Below are positions 13,210-26,590 of a DNA stretch of 64,000 nt, piece by piece; the stretch's first letter is position 1; every line of letters begins with the position of its first letter. The notes beneath the pieces are model-generated. The model searched no databases. It had not been told where the DNA came from and worked only from the letters and a program-made list of their open reading frames with translations. The DNA comes from Octopus sinensis. Its lineage: Eukaryota. The stretch lies in contig NC_042997.1 in assembly GCF_006345805.1 (NCBI RefSeq), positions 139,500,001 through 139,564,000 of the forward strand, in the 5' to 3' direction. The translations under genes and the position numbers were made by a program.

Positions 13210-13640
13210 TCACTAGCAAGTCTACTATTTCATGAAGCGCAAATGGCAACGGTCTGATCTAGCTGAGTAGCAGTCAAATTGTATGGCATCCACTGGCCAA
13301 GTTCAGACACCTTTCCCAGTTTGTGCAGATGCCTTACAATAGTCTTATGACATGTATTGAACACTTCTGTCAATTCTCGTGCAGTTTGCTTGGTATTTTC
13401 TTCCATCACATTCATTAAAACCACGAAATCGAGTGAACTTGGTCGACCTGATCGTGGGAAATCCCTGAGGGAAAATTTTCCTCATTGAAATTGCTTAAGC
13501 CATTGTTGGCATATTCGGATAGTCGGAGCATCATTTATATAGGCAGAACCAATATTTCTTGCAGCGTCTTTTGCTGAGGAACCTTTTTTTGTATACAGCA
13601 TACAATGTCTTACATCTGTTTGATCAGCTTTCATTCTAGA
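13210..13640 (-). mobile_element. mariner transposase N-terminal fragment
   Basis: VRHCMLY..KGSSAKDAARNI, PRSGRP, TARELTEVF..HKTIVRHLHKLGKVSELGQWMPYNL. Confidence 0.8.
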
Positions 13641-13685
13641 GGGCTCAGGTTGCAGATATACTAAACAATTTAATATATATAACAT

Positions 13686-13728
<43 letters not shown>

Positions 13729-14185
13729 TAAAAGTCTCACAAATTCTAACTTAATACCACTCCTATATCTTGTTTTTCTTTGACTGGTTAAATGTATTTA
13801 CAGGATGTCACAATATATTTACTTATTTATTCTACAGTAGACGCAGTAAATGACCTCAGCCTACATTCACAAAGACATTCTCCTAGCCAGCTTCAATAAT
13901 ACCAAAATTTCCCCCTGCTCTCCTACCTCTCTTTTTCCTTATTCATATTCGTATTCTTTTCCTTAACAGACATTTACCCACTCCCATATATTATTTCTTC
14001 ACAAATATGCTTTCCCTTTAGTTCTCTCGCTCTGTTTTTCTCGCGTTTTCGATCAAATCTCCTGCGAGTTAACATGGGATCCATTGATGACAAGGTAACC
14101 TTCATTTAATTAAGGTATCTCTGGTCCTACGAGAAGGGATTTTATCTGCTCTATTCCCTAATTTTGTATATGGAGAGAGAGAGAC

Positions 14186-14186
<1 letters not shown>

Positions 14187-14236
<50 letters not shown>

Positions 14237-14296
14237 TAGATAGATAGATGGATAGATAGAAGATAGATAGATAGATAGATGATAGATAGATAGATG

Positions 14297-14390
<94 letters not shown>

Positions 14391-14392
14391 TA
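14187..14392. repeat. (GATA)n microsatellite
   Basis: Directly visible. Confidence 0.95.
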
Positions 14393-14397
14393 TGCAT

Positions 14398-14429
<32 letters not shown>

Positions 14430-15507
14430 ATATATATATATATATATCTTAAAGAAACATTAACGATTCAGTTGAATTGGCTACTTAAGTTGAGGCACCA
14501 AATCAGTCCGGTATTATCCGCACACCTCGAACTAAGGTGAATAAAAAGAAAATAAGTAACAAGGATGTCAAGGTATTAGTGCATTACAGCCGTTTCAAGC
14601 GGCTCCATTTAATCGAACAATGCAAGTATTATATCAATTTGAAATACACTGCCATCTTCGGATGCAAAATATAGGCTTTCAACATACAGGATACTCCATT
14701 ATAATGTTTAGCAAATATTTCATCAGAACTAGAGAGTGAAAGAATTACATGCTGCTACTACTGTAGCGGAATGAACTTAGAGAAGAACACCCCAACTATA
14801 AATTGGAGTGGCAGAAGAGAATAACAGTGGGGGTCATGAGATGGTAACTTAACCACAATTTTTATCTATAAGTTTGATCCTTAAGCATTTAAACCATTTG
14901 ATGGCCTCAGTAGTGTTAGATGATACGTTTAGTGTAACCTTAGCATGAAGTTGGAGTAGAATTTTACCTAATATAACTTTGCTAATCCTGTATAAGAGCT
15001 AGAAGGGCAGACGAGGCGAACGGAAGATTTCCCGCCAAAATTTTCCTTGTAGTCCTATAAGTTAATTTGGGGTGGGCGAGGTATGAAAGGTTCAATTCTA
15101 TCTTCTAAGCCAAATTTAAAATCATAGCATATATATATATACATATATGTTGCGATCGATACAACGCGTACTCAAGAAAAATGCACGTGCAGTTTGCGCA
15201 AAAAAAGCCGGCTGACTTGAAATAATGCCACAAAGTGCAGTATAATTAAGAGACCAAAAAAGTAAAAGAGATATTTTCTTCAAACTTGGCATGAAGGAAG
15301 GAAAGACTATTTGGTTTCTCGAGAAGTTTTTTTTTTTTTTTTGCCTTAACTTCGTTTAACAAAACCAAAAATTTTATTGAAATAAAGGCTTAATTATTTT
15401 TTAATGAAAAGAAAACACTGATTGCTTTTTATTCAGCAGATATGATTCAACACCGTCCATTGGACGGAGGCGTTTTGCTCGTATATATAATATATATATA
15501 TCATATA

Positions 15508-15538
<31 letters not shown>

Positions 15539-16300
15539 ATATTATATATATATATATATATACTATATATATATATTATATATATATATATTATATATAT
15601 ATATATATTATTATATATAATTCTAGCTTCAAATCCCAAGCAAGATCTAACAGCACTTCTTTATCGTATAATGTTTATAATAACAAATGCGATCGCCGAA
15701 GTTTTTTGTATTATGCAATCCACCAAATGTCTGAATGAACGAAGCCGTCTAATTTTTAATTGTAAGCACCGATTCCGTAACGCATTCTCAAAGTACAAAT
15801 AATAGCGCCCCTGTTATTCCCTGCCTATTCCTCCAGCTCTTCTATGTATTTATAGCAGACAACTTTTTAACTACCTTTATATTTTTTATACTTTATATTT
15901 TTCTTAAGTTTGTTAACTCCCTACATCTTACTTCTGCACATGTGTGTATGCAGGCGCCTACGAGCTCATGCACACCTATAAGATACTACAGACGCAAAAA
16001 GAAAATACACACATGTGCGTTAATATGCGCTTGTATAGTTTTACTTTTAAGTGATATACTACCAATTTACCTCGAACTACTATATTCCTCTATTGACCAG
16101 AAACATTATCTCCCACCTTCCTCTCTTTCTTCCTCTCCTCTCCAACCAAATTCCAACTTACTACCACTCCTAAATTTTCTTTTTCTCTTCTCCTACTGGC
16201 ATTCTTACCTCTAAGATTCTTCCCCTTTATTTTCTTTGATTCTGTTAAGATGTATATACACGGGCGTCACAATTATTTATTTATTTATTCTTTTATTCTT

Positions 16301-16635
16301 TTACTTGTTTCAGTCATTTGACTGCAGCCATGCTGGAGCACCGTCTTTAGTCGACAATTCGACCACAGGACTTATTCTTTGCAAGCCTAGTACTTATTCT
16401 ATCGGCCTCTTTTACCGAACCACTAAGTTACGGGGACGTAAACACAACAACATCGGTTATCAAGTGATGGTTTGGGGACTGACACAAAAGCATAAATATA
16501 TACATAAATAATATGTGTATGTATATGTATATGTATAATATATATAATATAATATTATATATATATAAATATATATATTATATATATATATATATTATTA
16601 TATATATATTATAAAATATAATATATATATATAAT

Positions 16636-16708
<73 letters not shown>

Positions 16709-16871
16709 GACGGACTTCTTTCAGTTTCCGTCTATCAAATCCACTCACAGGGCTTTGTTCGGCCCAAGGCTGTAGTAGAAGATACTTGCCCAAGGTGCCA
16801 CGCAATGATACTGTATCCGAAACCATGCGGTTTGGAAGCAAGCTTCTTACCACACAGCCACACCTGCGCCT
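16301..16871 (-). mobile_element. Family-B tRNA-headed SINE with an expanded internal (TA)n
   Basis: Head at 16707-16871 and tail at 16301-16500 flank a ~200-bp TA array. Confidence 0.75.
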
Positions 16872-17270
16872 ATTTATTTACTTATTTATTTATTTACTGT
16901 TGACATAGTAAACGACCCCAGCCTATATTTAACAAAAACCTTCCCCAAACCAACTTCAATCTAATCAAATTTTTTCCCTCAACTCTTCCGCCTCTCCTTT
17001 CCTTTATTCTTATTCTTTTTCTTAACAACTTAAGACATTTCCCCACTCCCATATCTTATTTTTTCACACATATGCTTTTCTTTTTTGTTCTCTCCGTGTA
17101 TTCGAGTAGCTACTGGAACACCCCTCATTGAGTAATTATTACTTCGATGTTCTGCTGCTAGGAAACATATGTAACCTGGGTTTTTCCAGCTCCTTCCCCT
17201 AAATTTGGATTTATATATATATTTATTTATATATATATATATATATTATATATATATATATATATATTAT

Positions 17271-17475
17271 CTTTTACTTGTTTCAGTCATTTTGACAGCG
17301 GCCATGCTGGAGCACCGTCTTTAGTCGAGCAAATCGACCCCGGGACTTATTCTTTGTAAGCCCAGTACTTATTCTATCGGTGTTTTTTACCGAACCGCTA
17401 AGTGACGGAGACATAAACACACCAGCATCGGTTGTCAAGCAATGCTAGGAGGACAAACACAGACACACAAACCTT

Positions 17476-17547
<72 letters not shown>

Positions 17548-17710
17548 CATATATACGACGGGCTTATCTCAGTTTCCGTCTACCAAATCTACTCACAAGG
17601 CTTTGGTCGGCCCGAGGCTATAGTAGAAGACACTTGCCCAAGATGCCACGCAGTGGGACTGAACCCGGAACGATGTGGTTGGTAAGCAAGCTACTTACTA
17701 CACAGCCACT
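17271..17710 (-). mobile_element. Family-B tRNA-headed SINE, complete, young
   Basis: Close match to the copy at 60121-60510; internal microsatellite at 17479-17554. Confidence 0.85.
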
Positions 17711-18017
17711 CGTGTATACGTATAAAATTTTACTTATTTCAGTCATTTGACTGCGGCCATACTAGAACACTGTGTTTTTTAATGGAAGGAATCGACCCCC
17801 GTGACTTATTGTTTGTAAGTTTAGTACTTAGTCTATCGGTCTCTTTTACCGAACCGCTAAGTCACAGGGACATAAACACGCCAACATCGGTCCTCAAGTG
17901 ATAGTGGGGAGACAAACACAGACACAAAGACACACATATACATAAATCTATAACAATAAATGCGAAAGCGAATGTCAATGTGTCACACTTTTTCAACTTT
18001 ACTCCTCCGAACCCCTC

Positions 18018-18700
18018 TCTATTCAATGACACTTCTACTATTCCTTGTGTTTTACCCCTCTCTCACTATTCAATGACACTTCTACTATTCCTTGTGTTTT
18101 ACCCCTCTCTTACTATTCAATGATACTTCTACTATTCCTTGTGTTTTACCCCTCTCTTACTATTCAATGACACTTCTACTATTCCTTGTGTTTCACCCCT
18201 CTCTTACTATTCAATGACACTTCTACTATTCCTTGCGTTTTACCCCTCTCTTACTATTCAATGACACTTCTACTATTCCTTATGTTTTGCCACTCTCTCA
18301 CTATTCAATGACACTTCTACTATTCCTTGCGTTTTACCCCTCTCTTACTATTCAATGACACTTCTACTATTCCTTATGTTTTACCCCTCTCTTACTATTC
18401 AATGACACTTCTACTATTCCTTGTGTTTTACCACGCTCTCACTATTCAATGACTCTTCTACTATTCCTTATGTTTTACCACTCTCTCACTATTCAATGAC
18501 ACTTCTACTATTCCTTGCGTTTTACCCCTCTCTTACTATTCAATGACACTTCTACTATTCCTTATGTTTTACCCCTCTCTTACTATTCAATGACACTTCT
18601 ACTATTCCTTATGTTTTACCCCTCTCTTACTATTCAATGACACTTCTACTATTCCTTGTGTTTTACCACGCTCTCACTATTCAATGACTCTTCTACTATT
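18018..18700. repeat. 47-bp minisatellite, about 15 copies
   Basis: Unit CTATTCAATGACACTTCTACTATTCCTTGTGTTTTACCCCTCTCTTA in head-to-tail copies. Confidence 0.95.
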
Positions 18701-19084
18701 TTCATTCTTGGTTTTTTCTTAATCCTAACATTTTGAAAAAATATTTCTCTAAATATTATAACTATATCAAGTAATTTAACCATAAGACGTGCTTCATAAC
18801 GTTCAGAACTGAAATACGTATTGAACTCACTCTCTCATACAATATTACCTCTCATAACTCTCTACCATAAAAATGTTGGAAACTTAGTCTTTTTTCAGAT
18901 ATTAATAAAATTTGTCGGACCTATTTTCATGTCGTCGCAACTATGGAAACTTAGCGCACTCCGACTGCATGAAAATAGATTCAACTAATTTTATTATTAC
19001 CTTAAAAAATACTAAACAATATTAAATTCCAAACATCTTTATGATCAAATACGTGTAGAGCAATTCCAAACCATAAAAATCGCA

Positions 19085-19995
19085 CTTTAAAATAGTGTTT
19101 AGCGACAATGGTGTAATTTTCCTTCAAACGACGAACGGGAGTTTAGATACGTGCCAGCTACTACAAATAATTGTTTGTGCGAAAAGTAAGGCACTTGAGA
19201 TAACAAGAGCATCGCTGTTTCTCTCGTTCACCAGGCACTTGGTGGAAATCTTCTGTTCCTGGATTGCAAAGGCATAGCCTTCAAAGTGTGATGTGATGTA
19301 ATGGTCTTGTGTCCAAGAGAAGCTGCACTTCCTATCAATTCTACTGTCTTCTTCAAGCTTCCAGGAAACATACCCATGCATAGTCTTTTTTTGTGTGTGG
19401 TGGGATGCTGAGTGCTTTCCATCCAGCCCTTCTCTGATGTAAGAGAGCCAAACTGTTTTGAGGCTGTATAGGAGACCATCAGGAAGAGAGTGCTTCTTGA
19501 GAAGCTTACTGCCAACTCGTACAATGTTGCTCCTTTCACTTTCCAGCATTGCATTTATATATTTATTTTTACTGCTGTTGTTTAGCAGGTGTTGCCTGAG
19601 TGATACCCTACGGCATTCGAAGGCCGTCTGCACTGATCTAAGGCCTCTACCACCTTCATTTCTTCTTAACTAGAGCCTGTGAACATCATTGTTTATGTGG
19701 AAGTTCCCAGTTGTTGTCAGGGTTTCCTCTATAGACCAATCAAGTATCCCAAATGTTGAGATCACCACTGGTACTGCAAATGCATTGTGGGATATTGTTT
19801 TGTTGTAAGAGGAGAGTTCTGACTGCCATATTTTCCTCGAATCTGATGTAACATTCTAGGGTCACTCTATCTTTTTTCATACTGCCTTCATATGATACAT
19901 TTTCGTCTATGCCGAGGAAATTGTAATATTCTTTGTGTGGAATGGGGGCGATAGAGACCGTTGATGCACAGGTTTTGGGTTTGGAGGACAAACTT
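19085..19995 (-). mobile_element. R4/Dong-clade non-LTR retrotransposon fragment (RT C-terminal region)
   Basis: YNFLGIDE, HNAFAVPV, RRNEGGRGLRSVQTAFECR, KTMHG, FEGYAFAIQEQKISTK. Confidence 0.75.
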
Positions 19996-20525
19996 TCCTC
20001 GTTCTATAACCAACTATGATGTATGTATGTATGTATGTATGTATGTAGACTAAAAGAACTACACAATATAAACTCATTACGTATTTCAAGCGCATTTGCT
20101 TTTTTCTTTATTTTATATTACATTCACTTTATCTCACTCATTTTCTTGCATTTTAAGATCTTTACAAACTGTCTTCTACAATTGCCTTGTCTTTATTTTA
20201 TCACAATCTTTTTCTTTCACCTCTACTATCGTTTTTGTATTATTTTTCTTTAATTTTTCTTATTGTTCAGTGTCTGTTTCTTGTAGTTATTGTTGCTATT
20301 GATGTTTGTGGTGATGTCTTGTGTAGGTCAAAGTATACTGTATATTTTACTTTTTCTTAACACTACTAGCATCAACCTCATTCTCACACATTATCTCACA
20401 CCTCCACACTATCTAACGCTCTTCAGCTTTTCTCTTTCATACATATATATATATATATATATGTACGTATTTATACATATATATATATATATATATATTG
20501 TACTAACGTACATTTATGTTTATAT

Positions 20526-20578
<53 letters not shown>

Positions 20579-20693
20579 CATATACATAGACAGATATATA
20601 TATATACACGCATACATATATATGTATGTATATATATGTAACGTATGTACACTCACACACATACATACATATAAATATATGTGTGTGTGTATG

Positions 20694-20760
<67 letters not shown>

Positions 20761-20831
20761 ATACATATATATATATACATAGACAGATAGATATATATAC
20801 ACACATACATATAAATATATGTGTGTGTATG

Positions 20832-20876
<45 letters not shown>

Positions 20877-21249
20877 TCGTTAGCTGATCGGCCAAGGTTG
20901 TTTACATAGAATACAAGTATTAAATAAACATATATGTAAACCAACAGACAATAAGAAAGAAAATAACGAGACCCAGGTGAGAAACGAACACACATTCCCT
21001 TGTCAACACCCAACAAATACATTAATTACTATTGTGATTCTAGTTGTTCTCTGAATTTTTAAGATTCATTTACACTCCTCCTTATTTATTCTCGAAAAAT
21101 AGCATTACGTTATATTATGTACATACTAGCAAAATGTCACCTCAGAGCTCTTGTTACCTTTTCTTTTCAATTGCGGATGATGTTCTTCGCTTACATTTCT
21201 CGGCATTTTACTTGTTTTGTCATGGCAGTGTATGTATATCTTTGAATAC

Positions 21250-22010
21250 CTATAAACATTGGTTTCAAATTTTGGTTGAAGGACAACAGTTTCGGAGGAT
21301 GGGGGTAAGTCGATTACATCAACCCCAGAGCTCAACTGGTAATTATTTTATCAACCCTGAAGGGATGAAAGACAAAGTTGACCTTGATAGAATTTGAACC
21401 CAGAACGTAAAGACGAATGAAATGACGCACTTTGCAGGGCGCGGTAACGGTTCTCCCAGCTCGTCGCCTAAACTCTCGCTAATATTGGTTTCAAATTTCG
21501 GCACAAGGTAGTTTCGGGGATGGGGGGGAGTAAGTCGATTACCCCAGGACTCAAAGACAAAGGTTAATTCAGTAGGACTGGAACTCAGAACCTGAAGTGT
21601 CGAAACAAATACTTCAGACTATTTTTCCGACTTACCCCAGGACTCAACTGGTAATTATTTTGTCGATTCGGAAATGATGAAAGATAGACTCGACCTCGGC
21701 GGAATTTGAACTCAGAACGTAAAGATGGGCGAAATGCCGCTAGGTATTTTGCCCGGCGCTGTAAGTGGCTGTAAGTGGCTGAGCACTCCACAGACACATG
21801 TACCCTTAACGTATAGTTCTCAGGGAGATTCGGCGTGACAACGCTGGCCCTTTGAAATACAGGAACTACCCGTTTTTGCCAGCTAGGTGGACTGGAGCAA
21901 CGCGAAATAAAGGTGTCTTGTTCAAAAGCACGACGCGCTACCGGTTATCAAACTCACGACCTTGTGAATGTGAGCTAAATACGCCAAACAGTAAGCCGCG
22001 CGCCTTCACG
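21250..22010 (-). mobile_element. Cluster of nested SINEs (two family-C copies plus a SINE with a CORE-like head and the 920-1310 core)
   Basis: 'gagttcaaattccgccgaggtcg' family-C heads; 'aagtggctgagcactccacagacac' core shared with 1005-1110. Confidence 0.7.
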
Positions 22011-22679
22011 AACCGAAACTAATGCTGGAGATGTTAACAGGCTACAATAGTAATGAACTTATTCAGCAGGAAAAACTTAATTTAGTATTGCAAGTAAATG
22101 TGCTGAGCGCTCCTGTTAATACATTAAGTAGATTGTTCCATGAAGAACTATCTTTACTAATGACGTCACATCGTAGGTGGTGGTAGTAGTAGTAGTAGTA
22201 GTATAGTAGTAGTAGTAGTAGTAGTATGGGAAGGAGGATGTGTGGTGGTGTTGGGGGTGGTGGTGGTGGCGGTGGCGGGAGAAGAGGAGGATAATTAAAT
22301 GCTAACTTTTGGGACATTTTTCAGTACCCTACTAACTTGCCACCCAGTATCATCATCGTCGTCGACGACGTTATTTTAACGCCCATTTTTCCATGCTAAC
22401 ATGAATCAGTTGAAATTTTCGGGTTTTTTTTTTTTTTTTTTAGCTAGGTTTCTGCAACCAGATGTTCTACCTGTCGCCAACCTTCACCTATATCCAAGCA
22501 AGATATTTCCCCATTACTAGACATATTCTCACAAAATAGTGGAAATAACACTGCTTGTATGACCATGACGCTCTTTTACAGCTATCACGTAATATAAATA
22601 CAAGACACAAATATACAGACGCTCACACACACGCGTATATGCAAATATGCGTGAGTGTATGTGTGTGTATTTGTTATTT

Positions 22680-23225
22680 ACATGTTTTAGTCATTTGACT
22701 GTGGCCATGCTGGAGCACCGACTTGAAGGGTCCGGTCGAACAAATCGACCCCAGTACTCATTTTTTAAAAACCTGGTACTTATTATATCAGTCTGCTTTA
22801 CCGACCACTAAGTTACGGGGATGTAAACAAACCAATAATGGTTGTTAAGCAGTGGTGGAAGACAAACACAAACACACACACACAAATATATATATTCTTT
22901 TATTCATGTTTCAGTTGTTTGACTGTGGCCATGGTGGATCACCGCCTTAAAGGGATTTAGTCGAAGAAATCGACCCGGGACTTATTCTTTGTGATCTTTG
23001 TGCTTATTCTAGCGGACACTTTTGCCGAACCGCTAAGTTACGGGGACATAAACACACCAGCATCTGTTGTTAAGCGATGGCGGGGGGGTATATGTGTGTG
23101 TGTGCGTGTGTGTGTATATGTGTGTGTGTGTATGTGTGTGTGTGTGTGTACGACGGACTTATTTCAGTTTCCGCCTACCAAGTCCACTCAGAGGGTTTTG
23201 AACCACAGATTTATGTGGCTGTGAA
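22680..23225 (-). mobile_element. Family-B SINE copies (a 3' half plus a near-complete copy)
   Basis: Matches 17271-17710. Confidence 0.75.
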
Positions 23226-23312
23226 AATAGCTTCTTACCATCCGCCTCGCGTATGTATCGTTGGCGATTTTTTCCTCCGTCTTCCCTTCCTTGGATCTTT
23301 CCTTTTCCTATG

Positions 23313-23345
23313 TTTCTGACGAAGACCTCCGCTCGAAACGTTAAA
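23313..23345 (+). ncRNA. Hammerhead-like motif in a short repeat unit
   Basis: TTT-CTGACGA-A-GACC-TCC-GCTC-GAAA-CGTT-AAA; one stem II mismatch and an extra A after the core. Confidence 0.55.
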
Positions 23346-23595
23346 TCCTCCTTCTTTATTTCCTTTCCTGAGTGTCCAATAACTCTATACTTGTTCCACG
23401 TCCTCGCGTTGTTGTGTTTTCTCTTTATGTTTTCATGTTTGGATTAACTATACACACACACACACACGTTGAAGTGACAACAAACATTATTTTGTGCTTA
23501 CTTTGAACTTTGTGCTTACTTGAACTTTGTGCTTACTTTGACCTTTGTGCTTATATATATATATATATTATATATATATATATAAATATATATAA

Positions 23596-23641
<46 letters not shown>

Positions 23642-23652
23642 TATAAATATAT

Positions 23653-23696
<44 letters not shown>

Positions 23697-23702
23697 TATA
23701 TA

Positions 23703-23735
<33 letters not shown>

Positions 23736-23762
23736 AATATATATAAATATATATATATATAA

Positions 23763-23819
<57 letters not shown>

Positions 23820-23824
23820 TATAT

Positions 23825-25062
23825 AAATTAGAGAAAAACCACTATTATGTAATTCAATCAATGATAGACATAAACCAAATCATAAAGAAAAAATAAAATA
23901 TATTATAAAGCATATAACTAGATCACAAATAGTAAAAAAATGAATAGACAATATATAATATGTAAAAAGACTACGTACGTTTCGTGGCTGTAACTTCAAT
24001 TGGAATTACAATTAAATTTAAATTTAATCGAAAAGAAATTCTATTTAAAAGTATAGTCACTCCTCAGGTCAACAATAATAACAATAATAGTTAAATAAAT
24101 AATCAAATAGAATTAATCAATATTTCTTAAAGTAATAAAATCATGATTGTTCTTAAAGAAGAAACTCCGTTAATTAAATTTTAAACTTAAAAGTAGGACC
24201 AGGTGTCTATAATACATTTATCATGTTAAAAACCTAAGGTAAAAAAAATAGAGTAAGTAGATAGAAAAATGTATTTATCTGTGAAGATATATTTTAGTTT
24301 TGAGAATAACATTAACAAACTATAAAATATATTTTCACTAGCTACACTCGAATATTTTACGTTACAAACTATTTTACAAAACAATCACACTTAATACTTT
24401 TAGATTTTAGTTCACATATAATAATTATAGAATAATAAAATTAAATAAATGTACGTATCTAAATTATAATTAACAAATACAGCAATTAGAAATCCATATT
24501 TTTTCAATCAATAAACATATAAATAAATAAATTACTTCATTATTTCTTCAATAAATATTATACTTATCATTCCGAAAATATTTATGTAATAAAATATAAG
24601 AAATGAAATATTCCAAAGTAAAAACGTATAACTTATCGTTTATAAAATTATCTGCGAAAAGAGTACTTATTATTATTATTATTATTAAATTCAATAGTAC
24701 TAAATATAAAAAACTTTACCTATACTAAAACATTTTACAATCTAATTCACAAAGTAACCAAACTAATACTTTTCGATTTTAGTTCACATATAATAATTAT
24801 AATAATAAGAATAATTAAATAAATGTACGTATCTAAATTATCATTAACAAATTTTAAAAAATTAGAAATCCTTATTTATTAATCAATAATCATATAGATT
24901 ACATTATTATTTCTTAAATAAATTGTATACTTATCTTTCCGAAATGAATGAATGAATGAATGTATGTATGTATGTATGTATGTATGTTTTATGTATATAT
25001 ATATATATATATATATTAATTAATTGTTTTATGATTGACGGTGGTTGGATGAAGCCTGTGTC

Positions 25063-25103
<41 letters not shown>

Positions 25104-25107
25104 ATAT

Positions 25108-25183
<76 letters not shown>

Positions 25184-25550
25184 ATAAATACATATATATG
25201 TATTTATGCGTGCCTATATATATATATATATGTATAAATATACATATGTATATATACATATATATAGATAAGAAAGTTGGTTTGTGAAAGCACGTGGTTG
25301 AATATATAGAAAATAGTAAAAAGTGAAAAAACTACAGAAGGCTTGTTTTAAAAGGTTAAAGAATATATATTTAAGTCAATATAAATATATTGACTTAAAT
25401 ATATATTCTTTAACCTTTTAAAACAAGCCTTCTGTAGTTTTTTCACTTTTTACTATACATATATATATATATACATACATATATATGTATACATATATAT
25501 GTATATATATAATGCATATATATGTACATATGCATATATACATATATATT

Positions 25551-25593
<43 letters not shown>

Positions 25594-26590
25594 ATTTATA
25601 CATATATATGTATATAATAAGATAGGGTAATAATAAATTATTATTACCAGTGGCCTAGCATTAAAAACGAATTAGTCATTAGACTATATATTATTCATGT
25701 ATATACGTGTATATATACGTATATAGATATGTATATATGCATATACATGTAAATATATATGTATATATGTGCTTTTGCCTGTCTCTTCTCAAAGCTCGTT
25801 TCTCCAGCGTTCAACACTTCACCTCGTCTTGGCTCAAAAGCCTTCACCGTTTGTTTTTGCTGTTTTGTTCTTACTGTCCTGCTTTTATTACCACTTTAAC
25901 CCTCCGCAAAAAATCCCAAATTTTATTTAATTTGCTTTGTAGGAAGGACTGTTTTAACGAAGTCGCGTCTTGTCCCTACCTTCGAAACGTGGAGTAGATG
26001 AAACAGGGGACAACTGATGAAGGTAATTATTCTTTATGTTGCCTGTCTCGTTTTTCTATTTGTTTCTTTCGTTGTTCAAAAAAAGTTCGTTTTCCATGTT
26101 TTTGTGTTTTGTTTTCGTTTCTCATTTTCTTCACGTTTTTTTTTTTGACGTCCTATTTCAGGATAGCCTCATGGTATGGTATACGCAGAGAAAATTACAA
26201 CAAATAAAATAATTAAAATACCATACAATAAAATTAGTTAAATAAATATATTTTACCTGTTATTAATCTATATTTTAAATAAATGCACGTGTTAAGAAAA
26301 ATCCAAATGTAGGCTTAATAATAATTGCAATCTAGATCACGTGATTTATAAATGTGTAGTAACCTCTGATAATGATAATAACAATATTAATAATAAAGAA
26401 TATATTGGATCCACAGCGAACGAAATTAAAAGGATTTCCTAACATTATCAGTTTTTCAAAAATCCCAAATTAAAAAATTCGACAGGTCTAAGTAAATACA
26501 TATGTGAGTTAAAATTTAATAAAATAGAATACACCTTTAATTGGTATATTATTTGTAGAGCGAACCTCACTTGGTTTGCTCTACAAATTG
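23825..26590. repeat. AT-rich Penelope-associated (pLTR-like) block with an internal ~170-bp direct repeat (24388/24760), a palindrome and hammerhead motifs
   Basis: Hammerhead at 23969, palindrome at 25314-25455, 50-bp inverted copy of the PLE ORF at 25021. Confidence 0.5.
23969..24070 (-). ncRNA. Minimal type-I hammerhead ribozyme motif
   Basis: Minus strand: GAC-CTGAGGA-GTGACT...AGCCAC-GAAA-CGTACG-TA-GTC; intact core, palindromic stem III, 3-bp stem I, one stem II mismatch. Confidence 0.7.

Noticed and set aside
17130-17190. Hammerhead (GAAACATATGTA half present)
   Set aside because: The CUGAnGA half is destroyed; at most a fossil.
18018-18700. Regular repeat array as a CRISPR
   Set aside because: Head-to-tail 47-bp units with no unique spacers, no cas genes, and a eukaryotic context.
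25962-26050. Type-III hammerhead (GTC, TTGTCCC/GGGACAA stem I, CTGATGA, AGGTAA/TTGCCT stem II)
   Set aside because: The required GAAA after stem II is GTCT, and the only GAAAC lies inside loop I. No complete fold can be drawn, though it may be a decayed relative.
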